From Microcystis aeruginosa NIES-843 (GTDB taxonomy: Bacteria; Cyanobacteriota; Cyanobacteriia; Cyanobacteriales; Microcystaceae), in assembly GCF_000010625.1 (NCBI RefSeq), contig NC_010296.1:30001-62000 (forward strand): 32,000 nt of DNA. The letters are read 5' to 3'. The translations under genes were made by a program, and so were the position numbers. A model generated the notes under the pieces. The model was given only the letters and a program-made list of their open reading frames with translations, was not told the origin of the DNA and did no database searches. Below are positions 1 through 7,227 of this stretch, in pieces; the stretch's first letter is position 1; each line of letters begins with the position of its first letter.

Positions 1-327
1 CAATCCTTGATTGAGCAAACCCGCCAACAGATTATTGACCCTAACACTCAACGAAATGTTATCGAGTTAATCGAGAAGATTATTATCTACAAATTTCCTC
101 AGAAAAGTCGCCAGGAGTTAGAAGCCATGTTTAATCTCACTGAATGGAAACAAACCAAGTTTTATCAAGAAGCTAAAGAAGAAGGAAAACTTGAAGGTAA
201 ACTTGAAGGGAAATTGGAAACAATTCCTCTTCTGGTTAGGTTGGGACTTAACGAAGAACAAATTGCGCGGGAATTAAATCTAAAAGTTGAGATTGTTCAT
301 CAATTTATTGCCAATCAGAACAATTAA
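1..327 (+). CDS. C-terminal part of an Rpn-family / DUF2887-DUF4351-like putative recombination nuclease (5' end lies outside the window)
   Basis: The ORF is open to the window edge. Its tail YKFPQKSRQELEAMFNLTEWKQTKFYQEAKEEGKLEGKLEGKLE...LGLNEEQIA is typical of this cyanobacterial family, from memory. Confidence 0.5.
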   Translation, partial: QSLIEQTRQQIIDPNTQRNVIELIEKIIIYKFPQKSRQELEAMFNLTEWKQTKFYQEAKEEGKLEGKLEGKLETIPLLVRLGLNEEQIARELNLKVEIVHQFIANQNN

Positions 328-374
328 AACTTTTTGGCTACCAATGCGATGATCATCAATTCCCTTATCAAGGT

Positions 375-608
375 TTATTTTTGCAAAATTTCTCTCTTTT
401 TATTTATTTCAGGCTCAGGTAAAGATTCTCCTAATTTCTGATAAAGTTCCATCAGAGATTCTAGGACTTCTTCAGCATTTTTCACTGATTCAGCATAAGT
501 ACTACCATGAGTTCGCCATTTTTGACCTGGAAAGTCGGGTAAGCCAACTAGATAACAATTGTCTTCATCAGACCACTGAATCACTATTCTATATTTAAGT
601 TTTTTCAT
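375..608 (-). CDS. hicB: HicB-family antitoxin
   Basis: MKKLKYRIVIQWSDEDNCYLVGLPDFPG...AEEVLESL matches the HicB N-terminal fold signature. I prefer the internal ATG at 608 because it overlaps the reconstructed hicA stop. Confidence 0.7.
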   Translation of the reverse strand: MKKLKYRIVIQWSDEDNCYLVGLPDFPGQKWRTHGSTYAESVKNAEEVLESLMELYQKLGESLPEPEINKKREILQK

Positions 609-649
609 CTTCTTTTCTCCTGACCTCTTCAATGGCATTTTTGACTTCT

Positions 650-2071
650 GGCTCTTCGTTACCCTTTATGCTAAATCAACATACAAGATGCCAAGATAAC
701 ATACTTCTAACCCAAAAATTCCGAAAGTTTCTAAAGCCATAGCCTCTCCGTTTTATTAGTTTAAGTTTATTGTTGATTCCCTCGACCACCCCATTCGTTG
801 TCCTTCGCTCGAAATAACTAATTATTTCTCCAAACCAGTTTCGGATTGTTTGACAACTCTTGGTAAAAACACTGGAGGATTTTGCCAACCATTCCGAGAT
901 GGATAGCATTCCCTCTGTCGGATTCTCTGAGGTTTCATAAATCTTTCTAAATTCTTCCTTTAATTCCTGCATCTTTTTCAAATTTGGGAATTTTTCTTTG
1001 ATAGCTTCTAGTTTAATTTTTTGGGGTTCCGTTAAATCTTCTTCATTTTTTAACAGGCTATATTTACTTCGCTTTAAAACTTCTAGCTTCGCTTCTTTTT
1101 CCGCTTTCTGTTTTTTATTTTTCTGCGCTTCTACGGCTCTTTTTTCTGCTCTTCTCTGTTCGTCTAACTCTTGATTAATTTGTTTCATTACATGGAATCT
1201 ATCGGCGACTACTTCGGCCGATGGCATCAATTCTTTCACCAAATTTTTATAAGGCAACCAAAGGTCTATGCTCACTTCTTCAATTTGCTCTAACACCTCT
1301 TTTCCCCAGCCCGTAAGCGTTTCTCTCAACTCTTCTTGTGTTCGCTTCTCTAGAATAGCTATTAGTTTTCCCGTATCTAAATTTACTAAAACCGCACAGT
1401 AATTTTTTTGTCCTTTGACTAGAGCGATTTCATCAATTCCTAGTCTTTTTAATTCCGATAGGTCTGGCTCTGTAATTTCTTCGGCGATGTCCTCTATCAT
1501 TCTTTGAATCTCTTCTTCCGTTACGTCATTTATTCGACTAACATTTAAAATATCTCCTTCTTTTAATTGTTCGAGTATATTTGCGGCTAGTCTTTTCGTA
1601 TAGGTTCGTTTCTTGGCGACAAAATCTAACTCTTCGCTCAAGGGTCTCTGACAATTATCGCACTTAAATTGACGACGATTAATTTGTAGGTATACTGGTT
1701 GACCTGAGATTGGTAAATCTTTGACTAAATGTCGATGATTTTGGTGGAGTTTATCGCTCTCTAACCCACAACGAGGACAGGTTGCTTTTTGATTTTTCGA
1801 TTCGATTCGGCAAACTATACCGATATTTTCTAGGTGTAGATAGCCTTGAATACAGGTTCCTTTTAGGTTCAAAAATTTGTCAAGTATCATAAGTAAAATA
1901 ATCTCGTTTTTGGCTATTATATCAAATCTTAACTCAATTGTCTATCTTTTGGTATTAACCTGTTTGTGCCTTAAGTCCTTCCCTGTATGGATTTCAGCTA
2001 CTTTTGAGCGTAGGCGCTCTCATCGAATTTTATTTTAAGTTAATTATTTGCATAACAATTCCCGAAGAGCC
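650..2071 (-). mobile_element. ISL3-family insertion sequence (1422 bp)
   Basis: Terminal inverted repeats are GGCTCTTCG..TTATGC at 650 and its complement ending at 2071. A perfect 8-bp target-site duplication TGACTTCT sits at 642-649 and 2072-2079. Confidence 0.9.
676..1890 (-). CDS. ISL3 family transposase
   Basis: A 404-aa ORF with an N-terminal Cys-rich zinc finger (CPRCG...CDNC) and an ISL3-type DDE region. It lies inside the IR/TSD-bounded element. Confidence 0.9.
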   Translation of the reverse strand: MILDKFLNLKGTCIQGYLHLENIGIVCRIESKNQKATCPRCGLESDKLHQNHRHLVKDLPISGQPVYLQINRRQFKCDNCQRPLSEELDFVAKKRTYTKRLAANILEQLKEGDILNVSRINDVTEEEIQRMIEDIAEEITEPDLSELKRLGIDEIALVKGQKNYCAVLVNLDTGKLIAILEKRTQEELRETLTGWGKEVLEQIEEVSIDLWLPYKNLVKELMPSAEVVADRFHVMKQINQELDEQRRAEKRAVEAQKNKKQKAEKEAKLEVLKRSKYSLLKNEEDLTEPQKIKLEAIKEKFPNLKKMQELKEEFRKIYETSENPTEGMLSISEWLAKSSSVFTKSCQTIRNWFGEIISYFERRTTNGVVEGINNKLKLIKRRGYGFRNFRNFWVRSMLSWHLVC

Positions 2072-2285
2072 TGACTTCTTGTTCTTGGTAACGTTTAGCA
2101 TCCGCTCCGTCTTTTCCCGAGAGAGTGATTTTCCCTGCATATAGAGGGTGTAACCAATGGTTGTGACTGCCTTTTCCCGGAAAATCAATAAATCCAGCTT
2201 TTTTGAGCATTTGTTTCAATTCTCTGATTTTTTTGGCATCAGTCAAGATTTGATCGATCAGGTAATTTGCTGGGGGGTGTGACAA
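2040..2285 (-). CDS. hicA: HicA-family toxin whose last ~10 codons are supplied by the ISL3 terminus
   Basis: KKAGFIDFPGKGSHNHWLHP...GKDGADAKRYQ is a HicA motif. The native sequence ends at 2072, where the IS begins. TTG start. Confidence 0.7.
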   Translation of the reverse strand: MSHPPANYLIDQILTDAKKIRELKQMLKKAGFIDFPGKGSHNHWLHPLYAGKITLSGKDGADAKRYQEQEVRLFGNCYANN

Positions 2286-2335
2286 GTCTTGTATAATTCT
2301 TATTATATAAAGATTTCGAGCATTGAGCGGTTACT

Positions 2336-2419
2336 GGAGAAGCACCGGGAGCAGAGGAGAGGGGGAGCAGGGGAGCAGAGGTTGTTTATCTTCTGGGTAC
2401 CCCTTTTCCTTGATTCACC
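2336..2419 (+). repeat. Purine-tract/pyrimidine-tract element, copy a (GGAGAAGCACCGGG...CCCCTTTTCCTTGAYTCAC)
   Basis: Recurs at 2856-2937 and 4125-4188. The purine run can pair with the downstream CCCCTTTTCCT. Confidence 0.6.
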
Positions 2420-2457
2420 AGAGAATTTTCTTCCGGAAATTTAAGCTGATCAGAGCT

Positions 2458-2518
2458 AAACTTAACAAAACTTCACAAAAACTTCACAAAAACTTCACAA
2501 AAACTTCACGGAAAACTA
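2458..2518 (+). repeat. Five phased ~11-bp A-tract repeats (CTTCACAAAAA and variants)
   Basis: Tandem units read directly from the sequence, immediately 5' of the TTGACG hexamer. Confidence 0.8.
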
Positions 2519-2552
2519 TTGACGAGAAGATGTCAAGGCCGCTTAATTAAAT
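2519..2552 (+). promoter_or_regulatory. Putative promoter of precursor gene 1
   Basis: TTGACG is a -35-like hexamer. An AT-rich TTAATTAAATTAATTAA block 17-19 nt downstream offers several -10 candidates. TTGAC/GTCAA inverted repeat. GGAGGA RBS at 2567-2572. Confidence 0.35.
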
Positions 2553-2580
2553 TAATTAACATCATTGGAGGATTTACCCC

Positions 2581-2766
2581 ATGAAAACCAAAAAACTGAC
2601 ACCCCGCAATGCTGCTCCTGTGCAACGGAAAAATACCGCTACCGTCTCTCGTGATGGCAATGCGATCATTCAACTTGATTGGGGAACTTTTTGTGTGCAA
2701 GAGGATGGGGAGGGAAATTGTAAAGAGTGGTACGAACTGCCGTTTGCGGGAGACGACGCAGAGTAA
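2581..2766 (+). CDS. pirE: Cyanobactin precursor peptide 1 (PirE/AcyE-like), 61 aa
   Basis: MKTKKLTPRNAAPVQRKNTATVSRDGNAI leader, then a variable region ending in Pro, then the C-terminal FAGDDAE macrocyclisation signal. A strong RBS precedes it. Confidence 0.85.
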   Translation: MKTKKLTPRNAAPVQRKNTATVSRDGNAIIQLDWGTFCVQEDGEGNCKEWYELPFAGDDAE

Positions 2767-2855
2767 TCTGCCCGATTCTAGCACGAACCTCAAATCAGGT
2801 CAAAAGTCTTTTTCTCCTTGCCAAGGCGCACGGTTGCTTCCTTGTAATTGACGGT

Positions 2856-2937
2856 GGAGAAGCAAGGGGTCAGGGGAGAGAGGGAGCAGGGGAGTACAGG
2901 TTTTTGCTCTTCTCGGTTCCCCTTTTCCTTGACTCAC
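2856..2937 (+). repeat. Purine/pyrimidine-tract element, copy b
   Basis: Homologous to 2336-2419 and 4125-4188. Followed by TTGACT-N17-TTAGAT. Confidence 0.6.
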
Positions 2938-3057
2938 GGGTGCTAGAAGACTTAGATTCAGGGAGATAAACCCGAAAATCTGTTAAAAATATAAGATGCT
3001 AAAAAGTCTGCGCTATAATACTCGATTAGGATGATATAAAGGTAATCAGGAGAAGCG

Positions 3058-3342
3058 ATGAACACTATCCAACTGACACCAGAAATAGAAGATTTGATTG
3101 CTCAACAAATTAAAACAGGAAAATATCAAGATGATTTAGCCGTTATTCAAGAGGGATTGCGTTTATTGGCAGAAAGAGACAGAATTTACCGAGGAAGATT
3201 TGAAGAATTGAAACGGGAAGTTATGATTGGCGTTGAGGAATTAAGACGACAGGAAGGAATTAATGCCGAAGAGGTTTTTTCAGAATTAGAAGAGGATTTA
3301 CAACAAATAGAGGCTAAGGGTTTCCCGATGAGTCAGAAATAA
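3058..3342 (+). CDS. parD: ParD-like antitoxin
   Basis: 94 aa, with MNTIQLTPEIEDLIAQQIKTGKYQ...GLRLL typical of ParD. Its stop overlaps the start of the ParE gene (ATAATG). Confidence 0.7.
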   Translation: MNTIQLTPEIEDLIAQQIKTGKYQDDLAVIQEGLRLLAERDRIYRGRFEELKREVMIGVEELRRQEGINAEEVFSELEEDLQQIEAKGFPMSQK

Positions 3343-3638
3343 TGTCAAAGATTATTTTCTCACCCTCAGCTAGATTGGATTTAAAGCAAGTTAATAGTTA
3401 CTTGGCTGGGAAAAATCCGCAAGCTGCTAGAATTTTAAAAGAAAAAATCCAACAGGCTTGTAAAAAATTAGCTAAATTCCCCAATCTGGGACGTAGGCGC
3501 GATGAGTTAATCCCTAGATTACGAAGTTTTCCAGTAGAAGATTATCTGATATTTTATTTCCCTCTTGAAAACGGAATTGAAATCGCAAGAGTAGTCAGTG
3601 GATATAGAGATTTAGATGCTATGTTTGATGTTGATTAA
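3342..3638 (+). CDS. parE: RelE/ParE-family toxin
   Basis: 98 aa, with FSPSARLDL...FPNLGRRRDEL...YLIFYFPLENGIEIARVVSG typical of ParE. Confidence 0.75.
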   Translation: MSKIIFSPSARLDLKQVNSYLAGKNPQAARILKEKIQQACKKLAKFPNLGRRRDELIPRLRSFPVEDYLIFYFPLENGIEIARVVSGYRDLDAMFDVD

Positions 3639-3728
3639 GAAAGCGATCGCATCAATCTAAGGGTGTCATTCTTCCCTGCTACCCAGTAGCATCGGCTGGG
3701 GGTTTCTTCGGGAAATTTAAGCTGATCT

Positions 3729-3779
3729 AAACTTAACAAAAACTCAACAAAAACTTCACAAAAACTTCACAAAAAACTA
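3729..3779 (+). repeat. Four phased ~11-bp A-tract repeats
   Basis: CTTAACAAAAA, CTCAACAAAAA, CTTCACAAAAA, CTTCACAAAAAA, directly 5' of TTGACA. Confidence 0.8.
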
Positions 3780-3814
3780 TTGACAAGAAGATGTCAAGGC
3801 CGGTTAATTAAATT
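3780..3814 (+). promoter_or_regulatory. Putative promoter/operator of precursor gene 2
   Basis: Perfect palindrome TTGACA-AGAAGA-TGTCAA (3780-3797), followed by the TTAATTAAATTAATTAA block. GGAG RBS at 3828. Confidence 0.35.
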
Positions 3815-3841
3815 AATTAACATCATTGGAGCATTTACCCC

Positions 3842-3997
3842 ATGAAAACCAAAAAACTGACACCCCGCAATGCTGCTCCTGTCCAACGGGAAAACACCGC
3901 TACCGTCTCTCGTGATGGCAATGCGATTGCGATGATCGCTCCGCTTTGGGATTTGGTAAGGTGGGGCGCTCCTTTTGCGGGAGACGACGCAGAGTAA
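3842..3997 (+). CDS. pirE: Cyanobactin precursor peptide 2, 51 aa (absent from the ORF track)
   Basis: Hand translation: MKTKKLTPRNAAPVQRENTATVSRDGNAIAMIAPLWDLVRWGAPFAGDDAE. The leader differs from copy 1 at one residue. Confidence 0.85.
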   Translation: MKTKKLTPRNAAPVQRENTATVSRDGNAIAMIAPLWDLVRWGAPFAGDDAE

Positions 3998-4124
3998 TCC
4001 CCCTGATTCTAGCACGAACCTCAAATCAGGTCAAAAGTCTTTTTCTCCTTGCCAAGGCGCACGGTTAGCCTCAAGGAATTGACGTACAACCCTAGTTAAT
4101 TCGGGAGTTTCGGATACCGGGCAC

Positions 4125-4188
4125 GGAGAAGAAGCACCGGGGGCAGGGAAGCAGTTTCTCTTCTCGGTTCCCCTTTTCCTTGACTCAC
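4125..4188 (+). repeat. Purine/pyrimidine-tract element, copy c
   Basis: Homologous to copies a and b. Followed by TTGACT-N17-TTAGGT. Confidence 0.6.
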
Positions 4189-4345
4189 GAGTGTTAGAAG
4201 ACTTAGGTTCAGGGAGATGAACCCCAGCCAACAGCTTACTACCCCAGTGTGATCGGGTTGGGGTCTTCTTCTCCTTCGGTTTGTACCTTTGACAGAATTA
4301 GATGAGCTATGATTAAAGTAAGATTTACTTATTCATACATCACAA

Positions 4346-4738
4346 ATGACTCAGATTACTATTAATTTACCAGTCAGTTTACTTGAATCAGCCCAATGTT
4401 TAGGAAAGGCTACAGAACGAGAGTTATCAGAGGTTTTAATTGATACCTTAGAAATCATTTTGCCTACCTTTAATAATCTCTCAGCTGTGGGCAATCATCT
4501 TGAAGTTTCCAATCTTTTAGATTCCGAAGTTATTGAATTAGCTAATTCAAAAATGGATGCTGTTCAGAATCAACGCTTAGGAGAGTTACAAGCTAAGGGA
4601 AAAAATACGGGCTTAACCGAAGCCGAAGGCTATGAATTATTAGTTTTAATCTCAATTTACCAAATGGGACAATTAAGAAAGTCAATAGCCTTAGCTGAAG
4701 CCGTTAAACGAGGTTTGAGAGAGCCTTTAATACCATGA
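4346..4738 (+). CDS. Hypothetical protein, possibly RHH-like, translationally coupled to the HNH gene
   Basis: 130-aa ORF. The N-terminal MTQITINLPVSLLESA resembles a ribbon-helix-helix beta strand. ATGA overlap with the next gene. Confidence 0.35.
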   Translation: MTQITINLPVSLLESAQCLGKATERELSEVLIDTLEIILPTFNNLSAVGNHLEVSNLLDSEVIELANSKMDAVQNQRLGELQAKGKNTGLTEAEGYELLVLISIYQMGQLRKSIALAEAVKRGLREPLIP

Positions 4739-5178
4739 GTTTTCTCACAGAAACCTTACGCCAAAAAGTTAAACAACGGGCAGGAAATCGCTGTGAATAT
4801 TGCCTAAGTCACCAGGATTATATTATGGGGAGATTACAAATTGATCATATCCAACCTTTAGCTAAAGGTGGTGCTAATACAGAAGATAATTTATGTTTAG
4901 CTTGTGAATTATGTAATCAATATAAATGGACTCAAACTGAAGCTATTGATCCCAAATCTGAGGTGTTGGTTTCCTTATTTAATCCTCGCCTTCAAAAATG
5001 GCAAGAACATTTTACTTGGACTCAAGAAGGAACGGAAATTATGGGAGTAACGGCTTGTGGTCGAGCAACAATTGTAGCTTTAAGATTAAATAGTAATCTG
5101 GCTGTTATTGTGCGTAAAAATTGGGTTAAAGCTGGTTGGCATCCACCTAATTTGCAGACGGAATCTCACCTTACCTAA
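4735..5178 (+). CDS. HNH endonuclease
   Basis: CEYC...QIDHIQPLAKGGANTEDNLCLACELCNQYK is an HNH/zinc-finger motif. Confidence 0.75.
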   Translation: MSFLTETLRQKVKQRAGNRCEYCLSHQDYIMGRLQIDHIQPLAKGGANTEDNLCLACELCNQYKWTQTEAIDPKSEVLVSLFNPRLQKWQEHFTWTQEGTEIMGVTACGRATIVALRLNSNLAVIVRKNWVKAGWHPPNLQTESHLT

Positions 5179-5211
5179 AATATTCCTTTAACAATCTAAA
5201 AACTGGCCATT

Positions 5212-6108
5212 ATGATAGTTGCTGACATTCAAAAAAGCTCCCTCAAAGAGCAAAGGCTACAATTTATTCGTAACCATCAACAAGCTTTCGATGTTGAGCC
5301 GATTTATCCTCTACGGCTGTTTGAAGATTTCGTGATGGGGGTTGAGGGCGATTGTACTATTCAAGCCTCTTGTAAGATAGAATTAGATCAACTCATTGCC
5401 TCAAGGTTTATGCTCTTTTTTAAAGATAAAGCTCAAGAATGGCAAAACTATCTAGCGCAGTCTTTAGCTTTTTTTCGGCAAGTTGAAAACCGAGTTGGTG
5501 TTAAATTAGACTATTCTTTATTACAGCAGTTCTTAGGACTTAATTTTAATTTCAGTAAAATCACGGTTTTCAGTACGGGTATTGATTTAAGGACTAATCT
5601 TGCTGATTCTAGTTTAAAAATGCACATCAGGCTAAAAGATTATCCTGAAAAAATCAACCAAGCGTTATTGTTAACCAGTGATAGTGATGATTTAATAGCT
5701 GTACGAGATTTTCTTTCCATTGTCGGCTTTGATTTCTATTTTGATGGCCGTAGTGCGATCAAAATTTACCCTGAAGTTGCAGAAACAGACTTTTTTAAAC
5801 CAGAAACTCAAGACAAAGTATGGCGACATCTTCCCAAATTTGTTTTAGAACCTCTTAAAGCAACAAGCTTATTTGGTTTTGGCTTTTCCAAAACAAATAA
5901 TAACCCAGTGCTTTACTACAGGCTCAAAAATCGTCAAGATTTAACCAATTACTTCAAGCTTAATGATACCGCCCAAAGAGTTCATAGCTTTTATCAGCAT
6001 CAAGATATTTTATCTAGTGTGTGGTTAGGTACAGCCCAACAAGAATTAGAAAAAACGAGAATTGAAAATGTTAGACTTTACTATTATAAACTCTTTGGTA
6101 AATTGTAG
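5212..6108 (+). CDS. pirF: Cyanobactin prenyltransferase (PatF/LynF/TruF family, ABBA fold)
   Basis: RLQFIRNHQQAFDVEPIYPLRLFEDFVMGVEGDCTIQASCKIE aligns with recalled PatF (RLQFVRTHQEAFDVKPTFPLPLFEE...EGSCSVESSCQVE). Similar length, 298 aa. Confidence 0.85.
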   Translation: MIVADIQKSSLKEQRLQFIRNHQQAFDVEPIYPLRLFEDFVMGVEGDCTIQASCKIELDQLIASRFMLFFKDKAQEWQNYLAQSLAFFRQVENRVGVKLDYSLLQQFLGLNFNFSKITVFSTGIDLRTNLADSSLKMHIRLKDYPEKINQALLLTSDSDDLIAVRDFLSIVGFDFYFDGRSAIKIYPEVAETDFFKPETQDKVWRHLPKFVLEPLKATSLFGFGFSKTNNNPVLYYRLKNRQDLTNYFKLNDTAQRVHSFYQHQDILSSVWLGTAQQELEKTRIENVRLYYYKLFGKL

Positions 6109-6187
6109 TAAATCTTATGTTAACCACTAAACTTCCCTGATATCAAGATACTCAAAAAGATAAAACTGCTAATGGAGACCATCAATA

Positions 6188-6520
6188 ATGCAAAGTATTC
6201 ACGCCTTAAAACAACTCTATGAGCTTGATGACTCTCAATGGCTAGGAGAAACCATTAGCTTGCTTAGAAATCATCAATTTCAACAGCTAGACTTAGAACA
6301 TTTAATCGAGGAATTAGAGGATTTGGGCAAAGAAAAGAAAAATGCGGTAGCCAGTCTTTTAGAACAGGTTATCCGCCATTTATTATTACTACAATACTGG
6401 ACAAAAGAAACAGAATATAATACAATTAATTGGCAGGAAGAAATTTATAACTTCCGTACTCAATTAAAGCGAGAGATGACGACCAATCTCCGCAACTATT
6501 TAGAGGAAATCCCTAGATGA
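6188..6520 (+). CDS. DUF29 protein, C-terminally truncated paralogue
   Basis: About 95% nucleotide identity to 7228-7545 over ~295 bp, then it ends in an ATGA overlap with the Uma2 gene. Confidence 0.7.
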   Translation: MQSIHALKQLYELDDSQWLGETISLLRNHQFQQLDLEHLIEELEDLGKEKKNAVASLLEQVIRHLLLLQYWTKETEYNTINWQEEIYNFRTQLKREMTTNLRNYLEEIPR

Positions 6521-7185
6521 TAGCAACTACAACAATTTCTCCTCAATTAACCATTCCACGCCTAGAAAATGGGGATAAGCTTACTCGTCGTGAATTCGAG
6601 CGTAGATATAAGGCTATGCCAAATCTAAAAAAAGCAGAACTCATTGAAGGAATTGTTTATATTATGGCTTCTCCCCTAAGAATTACGAATCATGGCAACC
6701 CTCATGCGCGTATTATTACTTGGCTAGGTAACTATTGGTCAAGTACACCCGGAACCGAATTAGGTGATAATTGTACGGTTCGTCTTGATACTGACAATGA
6801 ACCTCAACCCGATGCACTATTAAGAATTAAAAATGGTGGACAATCAACGATTAGTGAGGATGGTTATGTCGAAGGTGCGCCAGAGTTAATCGTCGAAATT
6901 GCAGCGAGTACCGTCTCCCTTGACTTACATCAAAAACTTAATGTTTATCGCCGTAACCAAGTGCAAGAATATCTAGTCTGGCGAGTTGAAGATGGAGAAT
7001 TTGATTGGTTTAGATTAACCAATGAAGAATATATTAAACTTGAACCGAACTCAGAAGGGATAATTTGTTCCCAGATCTTCCCTGGATTATGGTTAGATAG
7101 GGATGCCTTATTAGCCGGTGACTTAGCCAAGGTTTTAGAGGTTTTGCAATTAGGAATAGCTACGCTCAAACATCAATCTAGTTAG
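6517..7185 (+). CDS. Uma2-family (DUF820) endonuclease
   Basis: GAPELIVEIAASTVSLDLHQKLNVYRRNQVQEYLVW is the PD-(D/E)XK-like Uma2 core. Confidence 0.75.
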   Translation: MIATTTISPQLTIPRLENGDKLTRREFERRYKAMPNLKKAELIEGIVYIMASPLRITNHGNPHARIITWLGNYWSSTPGTELGDNCTVRLDTDNEPQPDALLRIKNGGQSTISEDGYVEGAPELIVEIAASTVSLDLHQKLNVYRRNQVQEYLVWRVEDGEFDWFRLTNEEYIKLEPNSEGIICSQIFPGLWLDRDALLAGDLAKVLEVLQLGIATLKHQSS

Positions 7186-7227
7186 AGTAATCTAAATTCA
7201 ACAAAATCAAGACGGAGATAATCAATT

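Larger units (their letters stand above)
2428..2970 (+). repeat. Precursor-gene cassette copy 1 (promoter, leader, variable core, conserved 3' tail)
   Basis: Near-identical to 3704-4220 except for the core-peptide codons and a few indels. Confidence 0.85.
3704..4220 (+). repeat. Precursor-gene cassette copy 2
   Basis: See 2428-2970. Confidence 0.85.

Noticed and set aside
2458-2518. Short tandem repeats here and at 3729-3779, 22290-22367 and 31945-31975, considered as a possible CRISPR array.
   Set aside because: The units are 7-11 bp with no spacers, or two 32-bp copies with a 14-bp spacer. No repeat-spacer periodicity exists and there are no cas genes.
2533-2793. An 86-aa ORF on the minus strand, and its paralogue at 3794-4024, both starting MRFVLESG...
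   Set aside because: They are antisense to the precursor genes. Their conservation is explained by the duplicated precursor cassette. They have no RBS and a low-complexity composition.
2323-2969. ORFs 2323-2550, 2609-2851, 2727-2969 and 4031-4231, which encode Gly/Glu/Arg-rich peptides.
   Set aside because: They lie in the purine/pyrimidine-tract repeats and the A-tract promoter region. They are artefacts of biased composition and overlap better-supported features.
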